Positions 39,866 to 49,337 of a stretch of DNA of 64,000 bases are shown here, piece by piece (positions within the stretch are counted from its first letter, which is position 1; every line of letters begins with the position of its first letter). The notes under the pieces were generated by a model. It did not search any database, was not told the origin of the DNA, and worked only from the letters and a program-made list of their open reading frames with translations. The DNA comes from Halodesulfurarchaeum sp. Lineage in GTDB: Archaea; Halobacteriota; Halobacteria; Halobacteriales; Halobacteriaceae. Made by a program: the position numbers and the translations under genes. Location of the stretch: NCBI GenBank assembly GCA_034520565.1, contig JAXHNL010000001.1:1-64000 (forward strand). Reading direction: 5' to 3'.

Positions 39866-41944
39866 ATGAGCCACGAGCCGTTCCCCACGGACAACCCGGC
39901 GGTGGTGACCTGTGGGCTCCCGTACGCCAACGGGGACCTCCACATCGGCCATCTCCGCACCTACGTAAGCGGCGACGTCCTGACCCGGTCGCTGCGAACG
40001 ATCGGCCAGGAAACCGCCTTCGTGTCCGGGTCCGACATGCACGGGACCCCGATTGCGGTCAACGCCGCCGAAGCCGGTGTCTCCCCGGAGGAATTCGCCC
40101 TCGACTGGCACGAGACCTACGAGGAGACCTTTCCCCAGTTCGACGTCGACTTCGACAACTACGGCCACACCCATCAGGACGCGAACGTCGAGTTGACCAC
40201 CGAGATCGTCGAGACCCTCGACAGGGAGGGCCACGTCTACGAGAAGACGATCGAGGTCGCCTGGGATCCGATCGAGAACCAGCCACTCCCGGACCGGTAC
40301 GTCGAGGGCACCTGTCCCTACTGCGGCGAGCAGGCCCGCGGGGACGAATGCGACGAGGGCTGTGGTCGACACCTCGAGCCCGGCGAAATCGAGAACCCGA
40401 CGAGCATCCTCACCGGAAACCCGGCCGAATATCGGACTCGCACGCACAAGTTCTTCGAGGTCTCGGCCTTCCAGGAGTACCTCGCCGACTTCATCGACCG
40501 ACTGGAGGGGACCAAAAACGCCCGGAACCAGCCACGCGAGTGGATCGAAGGGGAGCTGCAGGACTGGTGTATCACCCGCGATCTCGACTGGGGCATCGAC
40601 TATCCGGACCGGGACGGCGAGGAAACCGACCTGGTGCTCTACGTCTGGGTGGACGCCCCGATCGAGTACATCGCCTCGACGAAGCAGTACACCGACCGTG
40701 TGGGGAGAGAGACCTACGACTGGGAGGAGGTCTGGCGCGAGGGCGAGGGCGAAATCGTCCACGTGATCGGTCGGGACATCATCCAGCATCACACGGTCTT
40801 CTGGCCGGCCATGCTCGAGGGAGCCGGTTTCAACGAGCCACGGGCGGTGATGGCAAGCGGCTTCGTCAACCTCGACGGCGCGGGCTTCTCGACCAGCCGC
40901 AACCGGGCGGTCTGGGCCGAGGAGTACCTCGACTCGCCGTTCGAGACCGACCTGCTGCGATACTACATCGCCACCGCCGGCGCGTTCGAGCGAGACATCG
41001 ACTTCTCGTGGGAGTCCTTCCAGGAGCGAGTCAACACGGAACTGGCCGACGACGTGGGCAATTTCGTCTACCGCGCCCTGCTCTTTGCGAGCCGGAACTA
41101 CGACGGCACGCCGGACGTGGATCTCTCCTCGACCGTCGAGACGGAAATCGAGGACGCGATGGCGGACTTCCGGACCGCGCTCAACGAGTATTCGGTCCGA
41201 GATGCAGGGGCCGTTCCTCTCGAACTCGCTCGCTACGGGAACGAGTACATCCAGCGAAAGGAGCCATGGAAGTTGACCGACGAGGATCCCGACGAGGCGG
41301 CGCAGGTCATCCGGGACACGGTCCAGCTGGTCAAGGCCATCGCGGTCACGCTCGAACCGTTCACCCCCCGGACCGCCGAGGGGATCTGGGCGGATCTGAA
41401 CGAATCGGGAACGGCCCGAGACGCGACGCTTGCGACCTGTCTGGAGACGCCGCCGGACACGTTCGGCGAGCCCCGTGAGCCCTTCGAGAAGATCGAGGAC
41501 GAGCAAGTTCAAGAGCGGCAGGAAGCCCTCGAAGAGAAGATCGAAGAGGCGACCGATGGCACGACAGGCAGCGACACAGCGGACGGCGAGGAGACGGCCA
41601 TGACCGACATCGAACCCATCACGGAGGGTCGCATCAGTTTCGACGAGTTCCAGGACCTCGACATGCGAGTCGGCGAGATCGAATCCGCCGAACCGATCGA
41701 GGGCGCGGACAAGTTGGTCCGCCTCGAGGTCGACATCGGGGTCGAAACCCGGCAGGTCGTCGCCGGAATCCGGCAACTCCACGACGTCGAGGACCTGCCC
41801 GGAACGAGGATCGTTCTACTCGCCAACCTGGAGCGGGCCGAACTCTTCGGCGTGGAGTCGAACGGGATGTTGCTCGCGGCCGGCGACGAGGCCGACCTCC
41901 TCACCACACAGGGCGACAGTCCGCCGGGCACGAAAATCCAGTAG
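39866..41944 (+). CDS. metG: Methionine--tRNA ligase with C-terminal tRNA-binding domain
   Basis: LPYANGDLHIGH, zinc knuckle CPYC..CDEGC, ITRDLDWG, YVWVDA, C-terminal LFGVESNGMLL. Confidence 0.97.
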   Translation: MSHEPFPTDNPAVVTCGLPYANGDLHIGHLRTYVSGDVLTRSLRTIGQETAFVSGSDMHGTPIAVNAAEAGVSPEEFALDWHETYEETFPQFDVDFDNYGHTHQDANVELTTEIVETLDREGHVYEKTIEVAWDPIENQPLPDRYVEGTCPYCGEQARGDECDEGCGRHLEPGEIENPTSILTGNPAEYRTRTHKFFEVSAFQEYLADFIDRLEGTKNARNQPREWIEGELQDWCITRDLDWGIDYPDRDGEETDLVLYVWVDAPIEYIASTKQYTDRVGRETYDWEEVWREGEGEIVHVIGRDIIQHHTVFWPAMLEGAGFNEPRAVMASGFVNLDGAGFSTSRNRAVWAEEYLDSPFETDLLRYYIATAGAFERDIDFSWESFQERVNTELADDVGNFVYRALLFASRNYDGTPDVDLSSTVETEIEDAMADFRTALNEYSVRDAGAVPLELARYGNEYIQRKEPWKLTDEDPDEAAQVIRDTVQLVKAIAVTLEPFTPRTAEGIWADLNESGTARDATLATCLETPPDTFGEPREPFEKIEDEQVQERQEALEEKIEEATDGTTGSDTADGEETAMTDIEPITEGRISFDEFQDLDMRVGEIESAEPIEGADKLVRLEVDIGVETRQVVAGIRQLHDVEDLPGTRIVLLANLERAELFGVESNGMLLAAGDEADLLTTQGDSPPGTKIQ

Positions 41945-42029
41945 GACCGGGCGAAAATCGGCCGGACCCGGCGGCATTTGCCACCTGGCAGATAACACCT
42001 TTATTCGAGGGGCGGCCGAAGGGAGGGTA

Positions 42030-43796
42030 ATGAGAAACGCGAAAATCGTCTGCACCCTCGGCCCGGCCACCGGGGATCGGGACTCGATACGGGCCCTCGC
42101 GGACGCCGGGATGACCGTGGCCCGGATCAACTCCAGTCACGGGACCCGCGCCGACAGGGCCGCGCTCATCGAGCGTGCGAAGCGGGTCGACGCCGAGACC
42201 GACAAGCCGGTCGCGGTCATGGTCGACCTCCAGGGACCGGAAATCCGGACCGGCGAGACCGACGAGCCGATCGAACTGGCCACCGGGTCGACTGTCACAT
42301 TCCTCGAGTCCAGCGAAGTCACCCCGGAACGAATCGGACTCACGACCGACATTTCCCGGGTCGAGCCGGGCGATCTGGTGTTGCTCGACGACGGACGTAT
42401 CGAGACGGAAGTCGAGACCGTGGAAGACGGGCTCGTACAGGCGAGGGTGGTGAGCGGTGGGAAACTCGAGAGCCGAAAGGGCGTGAACGTGCCGGGCGTG
42501 GACCTCGACGTGGACGTCGTTACCGAGAAGGACCGGGCCGATCTCGAACTCGCCGTCGAGGCCGGAGCCGACTTCGTCGCTGCCAGTTTCGTCCGCGACG
42601 CGGCGGACGTCATCGAAGTCGGTCGAGCCATCGAGTCCCTGGGCGCCGAGATACCGGTTATCGCCAAGATCGAGCGAGCCGACGCCGTTTCCCATCTCGA
42701 CGATATCATCGGGGCCGCGCAGGGAATCATGGTCGCCCGTGGCGACCTTGGCGTCGAACTCCCGATGGAGGACGTACCGCTCATCCAGAAACGGATCATC
42801 ACGAAGAGCCAGGCGGCCGGGGTACCGGTGATCACCGCGACCGAAATGCTCGATTCCATGATCGAGCAGGCCCGCCCGACGCGCGCGGAGGCCTCGGACG
42901 TGGCGAATGCGGTCCTCGACGGAACCGACGCGCTAATGCTTTCCGCGGAGACTGCAATCGGAACGGATCCAACCCGGGTCGTCGAGACGATGGACCGGAT
43001 CATCCGGGAGATCGAGTCGTCCCGGGAGTACGCCGACATCGTCGAGCAGCGAGTCCCCGAGGCCTCGAGGGAGAGCCGGACCGACGCGCTCGCCCGCTCG
43101 GCGCGCTACCTGGCCAGAGACGTCGACGCGAGCGCCGTCGTGGTGGCGAGCGAGTCGGGATACACCGCCCGTCGGGTCGCCAAGTTCCGGCCGAGTGTCC
43201 CCGTCGTCGCGACAACGCCGAGCGACCACGTCCGTCGCCAGTTGGGTCTCGTCTGGGGTGTCAACGCCCAGTACGCCGACGTGCAGACGGGAACGGCGAC
43301 CACGGTCATCCAGGATTCCGTGCGAGCGGCCCTCGATTCGGGGGTGATCGACCCGGGTGACACCGTCGTGGTCCTCACCGGTATGATGACCGAACTCGAG
43401 GGCGAGGATACGACGAACACGCTCAAAGTACATGTCGCCGCCGAGACGCTGGCAGTCGGTCGCGGCGTGGTCGACGGCCGGGTTGCAGGCCCGATAGTCG
43501 AACTCGAGGGGGCCGACCTCTCCGCCATCGAGCCGGGAGGGATCGCCATCATCCGGTCGGACTTCGGGGAGGAGTTGACCGACGGCGTGGAAAACCTGGG
43601 CGGCATCATCAGTGCCCGATCGGGAATGACGAGCTACGCCGCCATGGTGGCCCGCGAACTCGGCATTCCGATGGTCAGCGGCGCTGACATCGATGACCTC
43701 CAGCCCGGCCAACGGGTGACGATCGACGGCGAGCGAGGGGTCGTCTACGAGGGCGACGTGACGAAGTCTGAACGCGACCGACGGGGGAACCGATGA
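42030..43796 (+). CDS. pyk: Pyruvate kinase with C-terminal PEP-utiliser swivelling domain
   Basis: KIVCTLGPA, DLQGPEIR, AKIE, MVARGDLGVE, PTRAEASDV, MLSAETA. Confidence 0.96.
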   Translation: MRNAKIVCTLGPATGDRDSIRALADAGMTVARINSSHGTRADRAALIERAKRVDAETDKPVAVMVDLQGPEIRTGETDEPIELATGSTVTFLESSEVTPERIGLTTDISRVEPGDLVLLDDGRIETEVETVEDGLVQARVVSGGKLESRKGVNVPGVDLDVDVVTEKDRADLELAVEAGADFVAASFVRDAADVIEVGRAIESLGAEIPVIAKIERADAVSHLDDIIGAAQGIMVARGDLGVELPMEDVPLIQKRIITKSQAAGVPVITATEMLDSMIEQARPTRAEASDVANAVLDGTDALMLSAETAIGTDPTRVVETMDRIIREIESSREYADIVEQRVPEASRESRTDALARSARYLARDVDASAVVVASESGYTARRVAKFRPSVPVVATTPSDHVRRQLGLVWGVNAQYADVQTGTATTVIQDSVRAALDSGVIDPGDTVVVLTGMMTELEGEDTTNTLKVHVAAETLAVGRGVVDGRVAGPIVELEGADLSAIEPGGIAIIRSDFGEELTDGVENLGGIISARSGMTSYAAMVARELGIPMVSGADIDDLQPGQRVTIDGERGVVYEGDVTKSERDRRGNR

Positions 43797-43945
43797 GCGA
43801 CTGGAAGTTCGACGTCGACGAGGTCGGGCCCGAGGCCGAGCCGGCCGTACCGGAGATCGAACCCGGGACGCCGCGACTCGAAAACGTGCTTCCCTTCCTG
43901 TTCGGTGCCGGACTGGCGGTCGCGTTGCTCCTCGTGAGTCTCTGA
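43793..43945 (+). CDS. Small 50-aa tail-anchored membrane protein (not in ORF track)
   Basis: ATGA overlap with the pyk stop; MSDWKFDVDEVGPEAEPAVPEIEPGTPRLENVLPFLFGAGLAVALLLVSL*; typical codon usage. Confidence 0.7.
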   Translation: MSDWKFDVDEVGPEAEPAVPEIEPGTPRLENVLPFLFGAGLAVALLLVSL

Positions 43946-44028
43946 AGCCGACGATTCGAACGCGGAGGGATCCGTCAACCCACGCTGCCCGGGTAACGGT
44001 TTTCCCCGCCGCGCCCAAACGGTGTGAC

Positions 44029-44580
44029 ATGGTATCGCTCCTTGGCGAGTCGCTGAGTACGCTCCTCCTCGTGGCTGGCCTCATCCTCGTTGTCCTCGAG
44101 GGGTTCGCACCCGGAGCCCACTTCATCGTCATCGGGGTGGCCCTCCTCGCTGCAGGGCTCCTCGGCGTACTCGTCCCGGCAGCGGCGACGCCACTCGTCC
44201 TCGGGCTCACAGTGCTACTCGCGGGTGCCGCGTCGTTTTACCTCTACCGGCACTTCGAATTCTACGCCGGGACTGATCGCGGGAAAACGGAGGGGTCTGC
44301 GGAACTCGTCGGCGCACGGGGCTACGCGCTGGAGCGGGTAACGCCCAGGGAGGGGCGGGTGAAAATCGAATCCGGCGGCTTCGACCCGACCTACGCCGCC
44401 CGAAGTATCGAGGGCGTGATCCCCGAGGGAACGCCGATCGTGGTCGTGGATCCAGGCGGGGGCAACGTGCTGAAAGTCGAGGCGATCGGCGAAGCCGACG
44501 ACATCGATCGGGAGCTGGAACGGGCGGCCCAGACGGCCGATCGGGCCGAACGCGAACCAACCCCCGAACGAACCGAATAG
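44029..44580 (+). CDS. NfeD family protein (short form)
   Basis: N-terminal TMs (EGFAPGAHF) plus OB-fold (GRVKI..YAARS..IPEG..VVVDPGGGNVLKVE); upstream of an SPFH gene. Confidence 0.88.
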   Translation: MVSLLGESLSTLLLVAGLILVVLEGFAPGAHFIVIGVALLAAGLLGVLVPAAATPLVLGLTVLLAGAASFYLYRHFEFYAGTDRGKTEGSAELVGARGYALERVTPREGRVKIESGGFDPTYAARSIEGVIPEGTPIVVVDPGGGNVLKVEAIGEADDIDRELERAAQTADRAEREPTPERTE

Positions 44581-44656
44581 CGGCTGGGTCGCGGAAAAGC
44601 GGGGCGAGGTTGACCGGCTGGCGCACCTTTATCAGGCATCGGAGGCTAGATAACGT

Positions 44657-45760
44657 ATGACATTCCTCCCCCTGCAAACGGTCCCGAGCGTGTCGTCGCT
44701 GACGGTGGTCGGGTTGCTGGCCCTGATCCTGCTGATCGTCGCCGTCTATCAGGCAGTGGAGATCGTCGACGCGTACGAAAAGGAAGCCTTGACCGTCTTC
44801 GGCGAGTTCCGGGGGCTCCTCGAGCCGGGGATCAACTTCATCCCGCCATTCGTCTCCCGCACTTACATCTTCGACATGCGGACCCAGACGATCGACGTGC
44901 CCCGCCAGGAGGCCATCACGCGGGACAACTCGCCGGTGACCGCGGACGCCGTCGTCTATATCCGCGTGATGAACGCGAAACGGGCGTTCCTCGAGGTCGA
45001 TGACTACAAGCGAGCCGTCTCGAACCTCGCCCAGACCACCCTTCGCGCGGTCATCGGCGACATGGAACTCGACGACACGCTCAACAAGCGCCAGGAGATC
45101 AACGCCCGCATCCGGAAGGAACTCGACGAGCCGACCGACGAGTGGGGTATCCGCGTCGAGTCCGTCGAGGTGCGGGAGGTCAACCCGTCGAAGGACGTCC
45201 AGCAGGCGATGGAACAACAGACCTCGGCGGAGCGAAAGCGCCGGGCCATGATCCTCGAAGCCCAGGGAGAGCGCCAGTCCGCGATCGAGCGGGCAGAGGG
45301 AGAAAAGCGCTCGAACATCATCCGCGCACAGGGTGAAAAGCAATCGCAGATCCTCGAAGCCCAGGGAGATGCAGTCTCCACGGTCCTTCGGGCCCGCTCT
45401 GCGGAATCCATGGGCGAGCGCGCCGTGATCGAGCGCGGGCTCGAAGCCCTGGAGGTCATCGGCGGTGCCGAATCCACGACGTTTGTCCTCCCACAGGAAC
45501 TCACCTCCCTGCTGGGTCGGTACGGCAAGCAGTTGACCGACAGCGACGTCTCGGAGGCGACCGAAAAACTCGACAGCCTCGAGTTCGACGCGGACACCCG
45601 GGAACTGCTCGGTCTCGACAACATCGAGGAGATCCTGGACGAGATCGGTGCACCCATGAACGTGGAGGAAGGAGATCTCACCGAAGGGACCGGCTCGATC
45701 AAGCCGGCAGAGGAGGTCATCGAGGAAATGGACGCCGAACTCGAAGACGACACCAACTAA
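44657..45760 (+). CDS. SPFH/band 7 (stomatin-like) protein
   Basis: LEPG, QEAITRDN, AQTTLRAVIG, WGIRVESVE, AERKRRA..AQGE repeats. Confidence 0.94.
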   Translation: MTFLPLQTVPSVSSLTVVGLLALILLIVAVYQAVEIVDAYEKEALTVFGEFRGLLEPGINFIPPFVSRTYIFDMRTQTIDVPRQEAITRDNSPVTADAVVYIRVMNAKRAFLEVDDYKRAVSNLAQTTLRAVIGDMELDDTLNKRQEINARIRKELDEPTDEWGIRVESVEVREVNPSKDVQQAMEQQTSAERKRRAMILEAQGERQSAIERAEGEKRSNIIRAQGEKQSQILEAQGDAVSTVLRARSAESMGERAVIERGLEALEVIGGAESTTFVLPQELTSLLGRYGKQLTDSDVSEATEKLDSLEFDADTRELLGLDNIEEILDEIGAPMNVEEGDLTEGTGSIKPAEEVIEEMDAELEDDTN

Positions 45761-45770
45761 CGCTCAAGCC

Positions 45771-46367
45771 GTGACAATCGACGAGGAGAAGCGAACGACA
45801 CTTCGGAAATTCGCCGCCGTCGGCGCGGGGAGCCCGTTGCTGGGGCTTGCCGAGGGCGAGGAGAGGGAAAGCGACGCCCGCGACGCGATCGCCGGCTACG
45901 TCGAGACCACGCCGGGCGCCCACTTCTCGAAGATCAGGGACGATCTCACACTCGCCACGGGGGAGACCCAGTATCACCTCCGTCGACTCACGTCGAACGA
46001 CGAACTCGAGGTGTGTCGGGACGGCGACTACAAACGCTATTTCTCGGCCGGTCAGTTCTCCCGGTTCGAACAGCGAGCACTCGGCTATCTCAGACGCTCC
46101 ACACCACGAGCGATGCTCCTCGCCCTCCTGGAAGAGCCGACGCTCACCGGGGCATCTCTCGCAGAGAATGTCGGGGTCTCGCCAGCCACGATCAGCAATT
46201 ACGCTGGCGAGATGGCCGAGGCAGGGCTACTCGATCGGCAAGACGGCTATCACGTGAGCAATCCCGAGACGGTAATCTCGCTACTGCTCAGGTATGCCCC
46301 ATCCTTCGACGGGGAAACGAAAACGTTTGCGAGGAAAGCGGCCACGCTTTTCACCTACGATCCGTAA
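45771..46367 (+). CDS. Double winged-helix transcriptional regulator
   Basis: PGAHFSKIRDDL..GETQYHLRRL; second HTH LAENVGVSPATISNY; GTG start. Confidence 0.85.
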   Translation: MTIDEEKRTTLRKFAAVGAGSPLLGLAEGEERESDARDAIAGYVETTPGAHFSKIRDDLTLATGETQYHLRRLTSNDELEVCRDGDYKRYFSAGQFSRFEQRALGYLRRSTPRAMLLALLEEPTLTGASLAENVGVSPATISNYAGEMAEAGLLDRQDGYHVSNPETVISLLLRYAPSFDGETKTFARKAATLFTYDP

Positions 46368-46377
46368 CGGACTGCAT

Positions 46378-46626
46378 TCAGGCAGTGGTTACCTGCCAGG
46401 TCGTCGACGAAGAGTAGCCCCACTGTTCGATCTCGAGCCCGTGTTCGGCCCCGGCGATGGCCCGCATGTTCGAACCGACCTCCTTGGCCGAGAGGCCGAG
46501 TTCCTCGCCGATGAGTCGAGATTTGAAGTACGTCTCCGTCGAAACTCGCTCGCGGAGATAGCCGAGGATGCGACGCTGTTTCGGCGTCAATCCGTCCTGA
46601 TCCAGTTCGGCCGCCGAGGCTCCCAT
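46378..46626 (-). CDS. Small haloarchaeal HTH-like protein
   Basis: KQRRILGYL..YFKSRLIGEELGLSAKEVG..IEQWGYSSSTTW. Confidence 0.75.
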   Translation of the reverse strand: MGASAAELDQDGLTPKQRRILGYLRERVSTETYFKSRLIGEELGLSAKEVGSNMRAIAGAEHGLEIEQWGYSSSTTWQVTTA

Positions 46627-46779
46627 AAAGACCTGTACGGGAGCCACGACAAAAGCCGGTTTGGTACGATGGGTTAATCCCGGGCCGTCGAGTGGCCAAC
46701 CGATTCGGTTGGGCCGGCCGCGTTCGAACCGTTCCGCAGTTCAGAAAGTTCTTATCGCGGCCTCCCCGACCACCGAGAC

Positions 46780-48618
46780 ATGGATCGGTCGGCCGTCGCG
46801 GTGAGCGTCGTCCTCCCTGCGTACAACGAGGAGGCGACCATCGAGTCGACCGTCGAAACCACTCTCGAAACCCTCGAGGAATTCCTCGCACCCGGGGAAT
46901 TCGAGGTCATCATCGCCGAAGACGGCTGCGAGGACCGAACGCCGGAGATCGCCGACCGACTCGCCGCGACGGACGACCGGATCCGCCACGACCACAGCGA
47001 GGAACGGCTCGGCCGAGGCGAGGCCCTGAATCGAGCCTTCGAGGCGGCCGCCGGGGACACCCTCGTCTACTTCGATACGGATCTCGCGACGGACATGGCC
47101 CACCTCGAGGAACTCATCGAGAGTGTGAAATCCGGAGAGTACGATCTCGCGACGGGTTCCCGCTGGATGCCGGGCGAGGAGGCCGATCGACCGCCGAAGC
47201 GGGCGATTTCGAGTCGGGGCTTTAATTTTCTCGTCCGGACCCTGCTGGGCTCGCAACTCCGGGACCACCAGGCCGGCTTCAAGGCGTTCAGCCGGGAGGC
47301 GTTCGAGGAACTGCGACCGATCGTCAAGGACACCCACTGGTTCTGGGACACGGAGATGCTCGTCAAGGCCCAGCGACGGGGCTTCGCGGTGAAGGAGTTC
47401 GCCGTCAACTGGACGCCAAAGGGGGATTCGAAGGTCGACCTCGTCCGAGACGTGCTGGGAATGGGAAGCCAGATCCTCCGGACTGCCTGGGAACTCAGAG
47501 TCAAGCCGTACGCGAACCGGCGGACGGGGATGGTCGCAGGACTGCTGCTCTCCGTGCTCGCGATCGCGTTGATGTTCCTCTACCTCGACGTCGAACGGGT
47601 GATTTCCGAAATCCTCGGCGCGGACCCCGCCCTCATCGGACTGGCCGCACTGATTTACGTCCTCTCGTGGCCGATTCGGGGGTGGCGATACGGGGACATC
47701 CTCGCGGCACTGGGCTATCGAGAGAAAACCGGCTTTCTGACCGGCGCAATATTCATCAGCCAGACGGGCAACCTCGTGTTTCCGGCACGGGCAGGGGACG
47801 CCGTTCGGGCCTACGTCGTCAAGGCGCGACGGGCCGTCCCGTACACGACTGGCTTCGCGTCCCTGGCTGTCGAGCGGGTCTTCGACCTGCTCACGATCAC
47901 GATGTTGGCCGGGAGCGTCCTCCTCGGAATGGCCGCACTGGCCCCGGAACAAGTCGGGGCGTTGACACAAACGCTCTTCGAGGGAGTCGGGCTTTCCGGA
48001 GCTCAGCAGGAGAGCGCACAGACTGCCGTCCTCGTGGCGAGCACGGTCGGCGCCGGGGCGATTGCCGCGGTCGTCGTGATCGTTCTCTCGGCCCGATCCG
48101 ACCGCAACCGCATCCGGGAACTCGTGGAGTGGGCCTCCGAAGACTCGTACGTCGAATTCGTCGCCACGATTCTCGAGCGGTTCGTCTCGGACGTCCAGCG
48201 GGTGGCTGCAGAACCCCGGGCGTTCACGCGGGTCGGCGTCGCCAGCCTGGCCATCTGGGTGATCGACGTCCTCACGGCTCTGCTCGTTTTTCTCGCCTTC
48301 GGGGTCGAGGTCCCGCTGGGATTGCTCCTCGCGGTGAGTTTCTTCGCGGTGAGCGTCGGCAACCTCGCGAAGGTTCTCCCGCTCTCACCGGGCGGGATCG
48401 GCCTGTACGAGGCAGCGTTCACGGTTCTCGTCGTCGCGATGACCGGCGTAAATCCTTCGCTGGCCTTTGGGGCCGCCATCGTCGACCACGGGATCAAAAA
48501 CGCGATCACCGTACTCGGTGGGGCCGCCTCGATGGTCCTGCTCAACGTCTCGCTAACCGAGGCGATGGAGGGGTCCTCGGAGGTCGAGGAACAGGCCGAC
48601 CCGATGGATTCACCGTGA
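46780..48618 (+). CDS. aglD: AglD-type dolichol-phosphate glycosyltransferase (GT2 plus flippase-like TM domain)
   Basis: LPAYNE, AEDG, YFDTD, ATGSR, DHQAGFK, WFWDTE, followed by a multi-TM domain (FPARAGD, ERVFD, SPGGIG). Confidence 0.85.
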   Translation: MDRSAVAVSVVLPAYNEEATIESTVETTLETLEEFLAPGEFEVIIAEDGCEDRTPEIADRLAATDDRIRHDHSEERLGRGEALNRAFEAAAGDTLVYFDTDLATDMAHLEELIESVKSGEYDLATGSRWMPGEEADRPPKRAISSRGFNFLVRTLLGSQLRDHQAGFKAFSREAFEELRPIVKDTHWFWDTEMLVKAQRRGFAVKEFAVNWTPKGDSKVDLVRDVLGMGSQILRTAWELRVKPYANRRTGMVAGLLLSVLAIALMFLYLDVERVISEILGADPALIGLAALIYVLSWPIRGWRYGDILAALGYREKTGFLTGAIFISQTGNLVFPARAGDAVRAYVVKARRAVPYTTGFASLAVERVFDLLTITMLAGSVLLGMAALAPEQVGALTQTLFEGVGLSGAQQESAQTAVLVASTVGAGAIAAVVVIVLSARSDRNRIRELVEWASEDSYVEFVATILERFVSDVQRVAAEPRAFTRVGVASLAIWVIDVLTALLVFLAFGVEVPLGLLLAVSFFAVSVGNLAKVLPLSPGGIGLYEAAFTVLVVAMTGVNPSLAFGAAIVDHGIKNAITVLGGAASMVLLNVSLTEAMEGSSEVEEQADPMDSP

Positions 48619-48637
48619 AATCACACGGCCGAACCGG

Positions 48638-49153
48638 TCAGTCGTAGTGCTCGGAGATAATCGGCCCGAGAGCGACGGCCACGGCGTGGCGCAGGGCGTC
48701 CTCGCGGCCGATCGTGTTCTCGGTGAAGACGCCGACTGCACCCGATTCCTCCTTGATACCGTCCGTGCCGAGCAACTCGTCCAACAGGGGCCCGAGTTCG
48801 GCCCCGCGCTCGATGTCCGTGGCGATCGAATCGGGAAGCCGGAGCCGCGGGCCCGAGCCAAGCGAGTGGCCCGATCCGTCGTCGATAGCGGCCCACATGG
48901 TCAAAAACTTCCCGTCGAGGCCGTCGATCGTGGCGACGCCGCCTTCGATACCCACGCCGAGATCGTAGTCCCCTGCCGCCAGGGCCCGTCGCGCCCGGTT
49001 TTTCGCACCCTCGATCGTTTCAGCCGTCGATCGCGGCTGTTCGGAGACCCCCGATTCGACTGTCACGCGGTCGATCGAGGACGCCAGGTCCCCGAAAGCA
49101 CCCACCGTCGCCGCGTATTTGACCGGGTTTCCGCTGCCGACAGCAACACGCAT
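48638..49153 (-). CDS. yjjX: Inosine/xanthosine triphosphatase (YjjX family)
   Basis: MRVAVGSGNPVK, SGVSEQP..ETIEGAKNRA, GIEGG, GAVGVFT. Confidence 0.9.
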   Translation of the reverse strand: MRVAVGSGNPVKYAATVGAFGDLASSIDRVTVESGVSEQPRSTAETIEGAKNRARRALAAGDYDLGVGIEGGVATIDGLDGKFLTMWAAIDDGSGHSLGSGPRLRLPDSIATDIERGAELGPLLDELLGTDGIKEESGAVGVFTENTIGREDALRHAVAVALGPIISEHYD

Positions 49154-49337
49154 ACGGGACGGTCCGGGTTCCAAACAATCAGTGTTTCGCTCCGGATTCG
49201 TGTCCGTTTTCCAATAATTGAGAATATTCGAAGGGAATCCGAATCGGGGCGGGTGTGTTACAAAACGAAACCCAAACAGTTAAGGTCGTTTTGTCGAAAC
49301 CGATGGGCCACCGAATCATCGCTTCCGGCTTACACAT

